A DNA stretch of 64,000 nt from Dicyema japonicum (lineage: Eukaryota; Animalia; Dicyemida). Where the stretch lies: NCBI GenBank assembly GCA_011109175.1, contig RDEW01000001.1, positions 2,111,485 to 2,175,484 on the forward strand, in the 5' to 3' direction. The notes beneath the pieces are model-generated. The model searched no databases. It was not told the origin of the DNA and worked only from the letters and a program-made list of their open reading frames with translations. Shown in pieces: positions 48,801-60,309 of this stretch (the first letter of the stretch is position 1; each line of letters begins with the position of its first letter). The translations under genes and the position numbers were made by a program.

Positions 48801-51800
48801 AATCGGCATGTGGAGTCCATCAGATTTCCATGAAAGTCCATAATGTGCTGGTTCATTAACTTTATCTCCGATTCCCTGTGAAAACCGCAATGTCCACAGT
48901 AATACGGAACTGTATCTGAATTTTTAATTCGAACTTCAAAGTGTTCTTTATTTTCTAATATTCTATAATCCAATAGAGAATCACAAATCTGTAAGACTCC
49001 TTGGTGTAGAAGAAAGTGACGTTCAAGTTCATCACTTGAGTTAAAAGTGTCTGGGCAGGTTGGACAACAAATGGATATTTCTTCCTTATGGGTATCACAA
49101 AAATGAGATTTCACGTCCTTTTCAGGACAATTGGAGACAATCTCCAAGCCACAATAGAAACAGTTATAGTGTTTCATAATATCGGTCGTTTTCGAGGATA
49201 CATTTGTTTCCGTTATTTTAGAATCCACCAATGGCCATGTAGCAACTCCAAATACATAAAAATCCCCAATTTGCAATAACGACCGAATTGGAAGACCGAC
49301 TTCCAGTTTTTCAGTATGATTATTTTGTATGTGGTCCACCAAAGAATGGGCAACATTAGAGGCTGACTCTCCATAGTCGCAATATGCGCACTGATACCAT
49401 GAACTCGACTTAGCACGTGAGTTGATGCATAGACTGAAGTGACCCAAAAACCAAGCCTGATTGTCACACTTTACTCCACACAATACACATGAACGTTCTT
49501 CACTCACATTTGGTTCTTTCAACATAATTCCATCCATATCTCCACCAAGTTGTAGATTGTGACACATGTCAATCAAATTCAAGCCAAATAATTTATTAGT
49601 TGGATAATGATTCCATACCACGTGCTCAAACATTTTTTCCATGGACGAATTGACAGTAAAACAATAAAGACATGCATATTCCTTAGTGATTGACTCATAC
49701 TTGTTAGTCATAACTGGTTTTAAGCTGTTTTTGGTTTTGAATGGTCTTAATGATTTGTCGGACAACATAGGGGTTACAGAACTGACAAATAGAATAAAGG
49801 TCTTTGACTTCTTCGAGGAACACGTCTTTACTTCAATTAGTTGTGTAATTTCACTCTCTTCGACAATCCCCCTCATGGACTTTCCCTTCACTGCAGGATG
49901 GAAATGGGAATAGTGTCGTTGTAGAACCTCAACTGAACCAGTGGCAAAGTCACAGTCATCACAAGAAAACGGAGTCAATGTGGAATGTACACCAACCAAA
50001 TGAAGTATTGCCTCGTTGTATGAGTTAAAGTAAAGTCCACAGTACTGACAGTAGTGTCCAACTGATGGTAGACTAGTCTTTTTATTATCATCTTCGCACT
50101 CTGAGTCTAAAAGGTCGTCTGAGACACTAAAGAACATGGATTCGTCCTTCCATCGGTGGGTCAAACTCAGAAAACACATAATGTCCTCATAGTATCCGTA
50201 AATAGGCCCATATATTTGATGAGTTGTTTGTTGATGAGTCATCACACCAGTTGGATCAGAATCCAGGTAACCACATCGTCCACATATGAACAAATTAACT
50301 CCTCCCAAATGGGCAGCTGCCACGTGCATTAACAAATCACCAATAGAAGAACGATCACAAATAAATGAACAGTCCCCACAACAAAATTTCTTGACAGACT
50401 GAAGCTGGTGGTGAATTAGGTAGTTGAAGACATTGTCCCCACGCAGTTTCTTTGTCTCCAAGAATTCACCTGTGTGAGAAGAAATAAGAGAATCTTCTAC
50501 TTCCTGACTATCCGTCAAAATTGAGTCATCAATAAGGAGTTGTAGACAGTTTCTGTACTCTCGCACTGTAAATAGGCTCTGTATTGTCGACCCTTCTACT
50601 TTTTCTTCCAAAACAGTATTAAATGGGGAATCATGGTTAATAATGGAATGTATATACACTCTGTCCTTTGATTTAGACTTGTATGGACATTGGGAACAAC
50701 TGAAGGGTTTTATTGAGGAATGAAATTCTAAGACGTGGTTGAAAAGATGTTCAAGATTACATGAATGGCTCTTAAAGCTGCAGTAAAAGCATTTAATCCG
50801 CTTGTTTCCAACTTGAATATCCGGTAGCAAAGTCTCCAGAGGAAATGAAGTAAAATCATTCCCATCAGGCAACCATTCTATCCGTTTTCCGTAGAATCTT
50901 GTCACCAAGAGTTGTGCGTCAGTCAAAACAGCATGTCCCCCGTTTTTCCGTTGGAACTTTTCTGGGAGAGATCCAATCATGAACCCAGAAGTAGGATTCG
51001 TAAATTCACGACAGATGAGATGTCAACATCATTTTCTGAATAGGGCATCTTCCTCCTTGAAACATCAATTAAGCGATTGTGAATCATTGAATGATGATCT
51101 CCCATAGTCTGCATAATATTTGTGGAAAATTGGCAGAATTTACATCGATAAATACTGATATTTGAATGAGATAGTAACAAGTGTTGTAGAAATACATCTC
51201 TTTCCTTGAAAATTACACCACAGTGTCCACATTGATGAGTCAGTGAACTTTGCATACCACTAGACTTGTTGAGCAATTCATACCGTTCGGACAAGGAGCC
51301 TTGTGGTTTTTGAGATATCACTCGTGTTGGTCTACTCTCGTCATCAAACCCGACTTTCTTGCTTAAATTACCATATTTTGTTCTCTGGGATCTCCGAATT
51401 TGATTTGAATATCCTATTAGTGTTAATTCATAAATACGGAAGATGGTAGGTCTGCATGCCTCAATGAGCAGTGCTGTAGAACTTTACTAGACTCCATAGA
51501 AAGGAATCCACAATAAGTGCAACCAAACGGTCTGTAGAAGAGATGTTTAAAGTATGAGTGTCTTCTAACTTTGACGACTGATCGGGCATGGAAAGAACAG
51601 TTTTTACATCTAAATCCGCTAATTCCGTGAATTTTCTCACAAAGTTCATCTCTGTGAGGTTCAAATTCGTGAACAGTCTGACTCATTTCTATAATTAACT
51701 AATTCCGATAAAAATGCAAATTAGAGCTGAGACAAGGCACAACTGAGCATTAAACCACAAAGAGAATTGATTGCGAATCCGCATAAGAAAATACTAATCA

Positions 51801-52040
51801 ATACTCTTGCTGTCAGCCAAATGGCTCAATAAGCCAATGTAATCCTCGTTTGACAGATTAAGCTTAGCAATCAAAACTAACCTTTGGATTGATTCAAACT
51901 TGATTTTTCTCGAGACTTTTGGCTGTGTTTATCAGCCATGTGATCTACAAGGGAGTCGATATCCTGTGAATTATGACCAAATCAACCTTAAGAGATTCAT
52001 TGCAGAATATGCACACACAGTCAAACAGTTCTGATGCCAT
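45900..52040 (-). CDS. Very large dispersed C2H2 zinc-finger protein (about 29 fingers, over 1900 aa); 3' end uncertain
   Basis: ATG 52040; introns 51964-51986 (23 nt, completes a C2H2), 51689-51881 (193), 51414-51437 (24), 50962-50984 (23), 46331-46353 (23) and 46158-46180 (23). These join ORFs 51423-51686, 50977-51321, 46331-50980 and 45940-46155. One apparent 1-nt deletion at 51376-51379. Confidence 0.88.
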
Positions 52041-55000
52041 CGGAATCTGGAATTAATGCGTTGTAATGTGCTGTATAGCAGAATACCGCAAGTGCGCAAG
52101 CCTAGTGACTTTGCAAGTTAACCAAAGTGCGCAGTGATCGATCGTTTAAACGCTATCAAATCAAGCGTTGAAATTAAAAGTGTCCAACAAGGAGGTCGAG
52201 GACCGCCCAAAATGCATCCAATATAATATTGCTGACACTTATCGAGCATATCGCCTGCAGAGACTTAGTAACTAAGTAACCTTCACCAACTATCACGGTA
52301 TATTAGGCCAAGACATCCCAATTAAGGAATATTATGCTTCCTTTGTTAAAGGTAAGCTTTAAATGCTCGCAGCTGGAGACTACCAAGTGATTATACAGGT
52401 AAATAGACTAAGAGGGACTTGACATGGCAGAGATCCTTAGCAGAGATAGCCAAATAAGCGTATTAACTCAAAATGATAGTAAATGTGTTAAATAATAGAT
52501 TTGGTTAGCAAAGGATGAGAAAAGAACCTGCAATAACGGCGTATTCGTAGTCTTTTGGCGCAATGCTATCTTTAATCCTTTCAAGATGCTTCCGTAATAA
52601 CGTCACGACGAGATTGGAACTACGACAGAATGAATTGAAGACTGGGAACCATGATTAATTGGACATCTGTGAGAGTATTGATGACTGGACTACTGGGAAA
52701 CATGCCTTGTGAGCTGAGTCGATAAATCGACCTGATTATGGCACCAGCAATTCCTATTTAGTGTCCCAACTGTGAGAATGTTACATAATATTATTAAAAA
52801 TGATTATTCAAGTTACATATTGTTAGTTTATATGCTAATTAATGATCACTTCCTTGAGGAACTAATATTCCGACATTGACGGTCTTGTACTTATGTCTTT
52901 AATCAAGTGATCATCAATTAGTTGTATCTGATTGTCTATTCTAATGGATACACGAATTAAGACTCGGATTTCAACCACGTGTCTAGAAGATCCGTTTAAA
53001 GGTTAGAATCTGCCACTACATCAACGGGAGTTATGAAGGAAGGTTATTTGGACTAATAAAGTCATTTCTAAGATTATCATAAACAGCTCTGAAAATTAAT
53101 TCTCTGGTGATTAACCGCAAGGTGAAAGTATTCCAGTAGTCAGCCAACACTTGCAGCGGGAAATTAAACAATTTAGCAATACAATCAATTATGGATTTCC
53201 TCATAATCGTTTTACACGGATCTTTAATGCTTTGTATGCAGAATCAGCTGTGTTTTAGAGACCAGAGACATTATGTGAAACTAATGGGACTTAATTGTGA
53301 TTGATTGAATCAGTTTGGAGAGATCAGACTGATGAAGCATAATTATTTACTATTGATCAACACATTAAAGATATTGAGGTTGATGCTAATGGTTACTTAT
53401 CCCATATGTCCATGTGGTTTCCAAGGACGATACTTTTGTGACAATTTGCACATCCCAGCTTACTATCACGGATTACCAAAGGGATAATTGTGACCCCAAT
53501 GTAGACAAAACACACGGAAAGAGAAATGTATTGATTATTCTTGTGCACTAAAAGGTTCAAAAAGGTTCTTCACGTCGTCAATTAATGCAAAGTGACAGTG
53601 ATGTGATAAACGAGCTTACAACAATGAAAATCCCTAGGAGGGAATTAAGTTTATATTCAAATAAACTATGGTTGCTGTGGTGACTTAACAATTTACCACG
53701 TGAACTGACATTGTAATTAGTAATGCATATAATCCACACTAAATATTCCATAAATAGTTGATTGTCTCAATTGTTTTAAGTATCCCACAATTGGGAACAG
53801 TCTCATCAATACAGAAATCGGCCAAGAATGCATAAATTCCGACCACATATTCGATTTGAAAGAACCTCAGACTATTAACTCTAAGGACTTGAGTAGTGAA
53901 CACTTTAAAGGGTAAAAGTTATCAAAATGAAAGAAAGAAGTCATCAGGGTTTCTATACCACCTCCGTGATACTCATAATACACTAATTATTTAATTTAGA
54001 TAACCGTATTAATTATTTAATAATATTCCTTTAAGGATATACTCTTTGTCTCTAGTACATTATTTCATATCCACCATGCGGACCTCCACTTCAGAGTTGA
54101 AATACTACGCCTACGACATCATCCATCTCTGGCTGGAAAAGTAGTTCAACTTATGGGACCAGTGAAGGATCTCTTGGAGGGGTCAGTCTTACGGCTCGTT
54201 GTTTGATGGTGGCAGTTTCTTGCATGTTATTGAAACTTGGCTTAATAATTTCTTGTATTCGCCTATTACTGAGAACGTTCGAGAATTAATAGTCTAATAA
54301 TTCCCTTGCTCCTCCTAAGGTAGACTTTCAATCTTCATCCAAATTTATGGCAGATTCGAATTCAGAGGAGAGTACATCCTACCCTTTCTCCTTCCGAAAC
54401 ATTGTGCATCCAATGTCTCCGAATACATTATTTCGTCAATCTACATGAGATGAAGATAATCATTTGGATATTACCTTCTCGTGCATGCGCGTGAGTGCTT
54501 ATACATAAACGATCTTGGCTGTAAACGTGACAGAAGCGAGACCAAATCAATTGTGATCCTGCTGAGAAGGTATCTATCGAATTAGCAAATTATTGACTCG
54601 TAATTGAATTATCATAATAAATGAGTGACTTATGGGTACTCCAAAGACAATATGTTTCGACAAACCACATCACTTAATACAAGATCGATTCGTTCACAAG
54701 TTGTAAGGAATACACATAAATATATTGCACGTGACTTATTAAAGTATATATTGTAAAATTTGGACAAATAAATAAGAAAAATTAAGTCAATATTAGATAT
54801 GTGTTAGTTTATTAGAGCATCATATCCTTCCACAATTTTCCTTCATTAATTTTGTAGTATATGTAGTCCCCGGTTACATCATACCCTTTCCGACAACCAT
54901 TCCACACACCAGAGTTGTAAGCAAGAACGTTGATGTTCTCTTGAAGAATACATTATAAACTGTGTTAGATAAGGACATACTAGAGTTATATTTTTTGAAT

Positions 55001-55100
55001 TTATTTTTATATTATTAAATTAATATGAATAAAATCAATATAAGAATTATATTCTGAATAACTCATATAAAGCTAGATAATTTAATATAACTGAGCTTGA

Positions 55101-55496
55101 TAACTCCTTTCAAAAGCAACTACGATTTTTCTTGGACAAAGTAGCCAATAAGGAGTGAAGTATTGTACAAAAGATGTTCTTCTGGACCTCTGAGCACTCT
55201 GATCATGAAAATTCGCTGGAAACTGTTTGGTCACATCCTAAGAATGGAGCTAGACACGCCAGCAAACATCATGGAAAAATTCTTCGAAACATTTTGGGAA
55301 AAGTTTCGCGATCGTCAAAGTACAAAGCTTCCCGAAGTCATGAAATAGTGACCTGAGACCAGTGAACAGAAAACTAAGAGACAGTGAAGACCTCAGTAGT
55401 CTTGCATCGAACAGGAGAGGGTAGGATAGACTGGTATTGAGGATCATGCAAACGTGTCACGAATGGTTGCATAATTCTATGTTGTTGCTTATAATG
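55101..55496 (+). mobile_element. 5'-truncated RTE with 14-bp TSD
   Basis: IRWKLFGHILRMELDTPAN..LPEV; ataactgagcttga at 55087-55100 and 55497-55510. Confidence 0.92.
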
Positions 55497-55599
55497 ATAA
55501 CTGAGCTTGAAATGCCCTAATGGACTCATTCACCTTCTCAAACATCCTGGACCTAAGGGACTTGATAAACTCAAAGATATCTTTGAATAATCAATAAAC

Positions 55600-56160
55600 A
55601 TATGCTACATAACATCAGTCGATCATCATCCCTCTCATGAAAGTTAAAGATTCTTTTGACTTTTCGTCCTACAAACCTATTTTCCTTTCAGTTGTATTGA
55701 AGATTTTTGAGAGAATAAGACTTAATAAAATATGTCACCTCAACCTTTCCAAAGCACGACATGGCCTTTGTTCGATCCACTGAACCACGTCATCTCTTTG
55801 ACACATTTTATATCAGGCAGTTTAACCATTTTTTTCCACTTGAAATAACTGTTGTGGTTGTTATCAACCTAACAAAATCATTCCAACACATCTCTCGTAG
55901 TCCTTTCCAACAAGATCAAATCATCGCTATTCCTTTAGTTTGGGAATCAAAAATAACAAATTTTCTTTCCAAGAGATTGGTCAAACCTGTCTAAACACTT
56001 ATATGTAAATTTTCGATACCTTGAGGGATCAATCCTTTCCCTTTAACTTTCGAACCTTCACTACAGCAACACATCCACAACTCACACAACTCTCATCATT
56101 GCATTCAAAGATTAAACATCCAATTAGATTCAGCTAGTGTTCCAAATTAACTAAATCTCT
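55600..56160 (+). mobile_element. Highly degenerate LINE RT fragment
   Basis: IIIPLMK..SYKPIS..KIFERI, VVVINLTKSF, ITNFLSKR. Confidence 0.6.
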
Positions 56161-56169
56161 TTATCCAGA

Positions 56170-57620
56170 TCTAGCGTAAGGAAGGAAAACATCCAGTCTT
56201 TGGAGTCGTGGGAACCCTCCAATAATGTTCGAGGGGAAAGCAAATGATCATTTTTTGTGCAGTAACAATTGTTTGTGGAGTAGCAGATCAAGCAAACGGG
56301 TTATCTAAAAATGTCTAGTCCTCACAAATAATTGATCAGAATAACGCTTAAATATATTCCTCAAGTTGGAATCATCCATATCACTCAGCCTCCAAAAAGT
56401 TACAGCAAATGCAAATTCAACCTTGAGATCTATAGCAGCTTGAGTTTACGAATGTTGGCCATTTACATTGAGAAACAAAGATTCTATCATTGGATGATCA
56501 TTACAAAATTTAAGCTTACAATATCTTCAACAATGATTACTAGGGCGGAAATTGTCCTATTTGTTCTATTTCAATAATAAAATTTCCTAAAATAGGACAT
56601 AATTATTTTTATAATTTTGTTTGTATTTTTCCATTTTTTTTAAATTGCACGTTGTTTTTTGTGTACTAGCAGTTTTCATTTAATGGCAGGTTTGTATTTT
56701 CTCAATCATTAATACTATTAGAACTCAGAGGCAAAATAAGGAATGAATTTCAAAAGCAATTTCTAAAAACTCATACAATTTACAAGATCACCTATGGAGA
56801 TACTACCAAAATGCTCTAAGATAATAAAATCATCTAACAATACTACACCGATCTACATCTTAATTGAAAAGACATCAGACTGAATGCTACAAGTATAGAG
56901 ACCACTCAACTTTTCTTACTTAAGATAATGAAGAAAACTGGATATCTTTTTTGGTTAAAGCATTTTAAAATGGCGATATTCCACTTCACAAATTAGGGAA
57001 TAGTTATATAAAAAAGCTGTTGAATTATCATATCCTTTAATTTATATTATTGAACTACAGAAAACATTTTTAACAAACAATTCATTGATGAAAGCAACAT
57101 AATAGTTTTTGTTAATTTCCATTAAATTGTCCTAAAATGATTCTTAGATTAGTTATTTTTGAGAATAATTTAAAGCCAGACTATTTGTGATATTTTGTTT
57201 ATAGTTAAACGCTAAAATACAAAATAATTTTAAAAAATAAATAAAATTGTTTTATTTTTGTATTAAAATGTCCTATTATTTCCGCCCTAATGATTACTCA
57301 ATTTTTTCGTCACTCAAATTCACTGATCGCGGACATAAATCTTACTGACCTCCTTAGAGCTTCCGAAAAATCTCCCCTCGAAAAACCGAATTTTGGATTG
57401 ACAAAATACACAACTATGTATCCACCCACCCATGTCATATAGGACAATCCTCCTGAGATCAGAGTTTTAGAAATCGAGGAAAAAAGTGTCGCTTAGATGT
57501 CAGTGAAAAAGAGGGTTATTTATTTACTCCCGGTCCATTCAAGTGAATGAGATGGTGGGCTAACAAAAACGTAACTGACAGACGTTCCAAGAGATCTTAA
57601 ATGATTAATCCACACAAAAT
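56170..57620 (+). mobile_element. Possible piggyBac-like transposase remnant split by a hAT MITE
   Basis: Scattered motifs VADQANG and FNLEIYS, plus MRWWANKNV, weakly resemble piggyBac AD..GY..FEIY.G and KW.DKR motifs. Weak. Confidence 0.35.
56541..57289. mobile_element. Non-autonomous hAT element, perfect 8-bp TSD ATGATTAC
   Basis: tagggcggaaa (56541) / tttccgcccta (57289); atgattac at 56533-56540 and 57290-57297. Confidence 0.93.
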
Positions 57621-58394
57621 GGGCCAGGGCACGAAAAATGGTGATCTATTCCGTAATAATCAATTTTACATGAAGGGCAGATTGGCGACATTGCCTGTCT
57701 TGTTTTGTATAGGTAGGCGTTACCCACGTAGTGACCACAGCGAAGACATGCCAGGTTTACCTGAATATCACGAGGAAAAGAAAATTCATGACATCGCTGC
57801 CCGGTGGGTGGAGACTAAGAAACTTATTTAATCCAACTCTTCTGATCGCATTCGTAGATACCCAGTCGTGTATATTATTAGAAGCATCCTCGTTTACCGG
57901 AACGGATTTGAGGACTCGTGATTTATCTCCTAGAGTATGTATTTTTTTGAAGTGGAGAGTTTAAGTCAGTGGGCTAGATGGTCTGGTTTTTTTGCATTTT
58001 TCCAAGAATTGTATTCCTAGCATCTGGAAATGAAATTGGGAGTATTTTTTGACTTCCAATGGAGCTGATTAATTGGAGTACTAAGTCAAGAATGGCGGCG
58101 ATCTAGTTGGCGTTCAGCAAAAAATTGAGCATGCAAGATAGGATACTTATCCCCGATAAGACAGTTAATGGAGGACAGGATCCGCGGTTTCCGAGAGAGA
58201 ACGGAAATCCTGAAGTCTTACAACCTAGAAAACATTTAAGGAGATGGGGGACCGGTGAAATATTCAGGCAATATTGCAAGACTATGATAAAACCCCTCTA
58301 GCTAACCTCTTAGTTTCAGTTTTAATAAAGTTGTTATGTTTTTTATTTTAATTTCATTATTGGACACAAATTTGTGCTTAAAGGTGTTAGTTTA

Positions 58395-60268
58395 ATTATT
58401 TTTTATTTAACACCCAAGACCACTGTAAAAACCAAACTAACTATCACATAATCCCGATGCGTTCCACCAAAAATCCTCATCCTTTCCCGGTGCTCCTCCC
58501 TCGTGCCCACACAAGCTCGTACTGGGCGGCTGACTGTATTTTCAGGGCCACCTTCCCGCATGCCAGAGTTTTTGTTTTATGAGGGCTTCCAGAGTAGTCG
58601 GTCCAGTTCTTTGTCTTCCACAAGTCCACCGTTTCCGTGACTTCTGAAAGCCTTCTTTTGTATGTCCGTGATTTTCTTAGTATTCGTATATGATAATGAA
58701 GGTCCCCATGAATGTTTGCTGGCTTGCTTCCATATCAACGATATTACATTCCAATTAATTAATAGTTGAAAATAGACTTTAGAAAACCGACTCTTATATC
58801 TCCAAGATTCTTCAATAACACTACTGGAATGTTGTCGGGACCGGCAGAGTACGTTGTTCTTGTAAAACGCAGCGTATTCTTCACGTCTTCATCCGAGAAG
58901 TAAACTGGGTTAGAATCCTTCTTCAGTTTTCTGCTTGAAGAGAAAAGCACTTTCGACTTCCTGTGTTCTTTGTACGAATTTTGTGTAGAATTTTATCAAT
59001 TTTGTTAACGTCTCGTTGAGTATAGTTATCCTCGGGGGAAGTTTCTTCTCCCTTTTCAAACATTTCGGATGGCTTTCACACTTCTCCGGTACTACGGCTG
59101 CGATTTACCTTTGTAAGAATCCGATTCCACTTCAATTTCTGGGCCTTGAACTCTCTGTCCTTTATTTTGTTGTTTATCAGAGCTCTGATCCGGAGTTTTC
59201 GTTTTTAATGTGATTCAATTACATTTTTTGAGGTGATTTCTTTTTTTGATCAATGCCGACTTCCCTCGACCATTAGAGGAATTTAGACGATGCTTGGGAA
59301 TAGCCAATGATCTTGCTTCTAGGATTGTGAAAGTAAAGTATTTGATCGCTTTTTTTAGCGATAGCTGTCCAAGTAACAATTCTTCAGTCTATCATCAGAG
59401 ATTGCGCGATACAATTCCCAATTAGCAGCTTTGTAATCACTGACCAGGTAATTTTCGATGAAAGTGATGTGGAGCAGAGTGTTATGTCGGGAGAGGTAGG
59501 CTAATCCGTCTCTCTGAGTGGGATCCTTGTATTTTTCTCTGGGTCATTCAGTATCGTAAGGAGTCCGTTTTCCATAACAATAGCTTCCCTCTCGTGTCGG
59601 CCTGTTGGGTTGACAACCATAAGAGCTGCTTTGCGTTTAAATCTCTACATATGATTATCTCGTAGATAGTCAATCTTGATAGGTTTGGAATATCTCGTAG
59701 ATAGTCAATCTACATAGGTCCTTTGGGCAGGAGCCGGGAGGAGGCAAGTAGATATTCACGAGGCACAGACTTCCTTTTGTTGTCTTAAGCGAGATTTCAA
59801 TTGCCTCAGTAACCTCGTCATTTGCAACAAGTTTCCTCACTTCCGGAGTAATGTCTCTGCATTTCAAGTTCTTTTTGAATAGAGTAAGTAGTCCACCCCC
59901 TCTTCTCTTTTTACGATCCATCCTGATAGCCTCGTATCTAGGGAATGAAAAAGTGGGAACATTCATGCGGAGTTTAGTTTCTTGAATCATGGCCACGTCG
60001 ATCTTCTGATTTGCCAGGATTGAACGGAGTTCCCTTTAATTCCGTTGATGTTCAATTGGAGAGCAGTAAATTTCTTTTCTCCACAGTGGGCTGAGGGTTT
60101 TCTCCGGGAATGTTTTGGACTTTTTTTGAAGCACATCGCCGGGGGTCAATAATGACCCCGGGAAGAAAGTTTCTAAATGGTCTTTTTCGGAAGGGCATTA
60201 GAAGCCCTCTGAGCGTTGCCAAATCCTTTTGAATTTTTTGACTTGGTGGACCTCATAACGCCACGCTA
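58395..60268 (-). mobile_element. Internally deleted I-group LINE with both termini (5' structured motif, degenerate 2A, APE, RT start, 3' tail)
   Basis: 5' TAGCGTGGCG..; LLTPGDVLQ..GP; FTALQLNINGI, MIQETKL..EAIRMDR..GGGLLTL, NIYLPP; SAGPDNIPVVLLKNL then a jump to 3' sequence ending gggtgtt+aaataaaaaataa. Confidence 0.85.
60170..60268 (-). ncRNA. Second copy of the putative structured 5' RNA element
   Basis: On minus strand: agcgtggc/gcaacgct (P1-like, 1 mismatch), ggtc/gacc (P2-like), ccaagtc/gatttgg hairpin, agggc/gccct (P4-like) and CGAA in the J4/2 position. Confidence 0.45.
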
Positions 60269-60309
60269 CAAAATAGGTTACGTTAAACATAGAATACGAG
60301 ACATATTGA

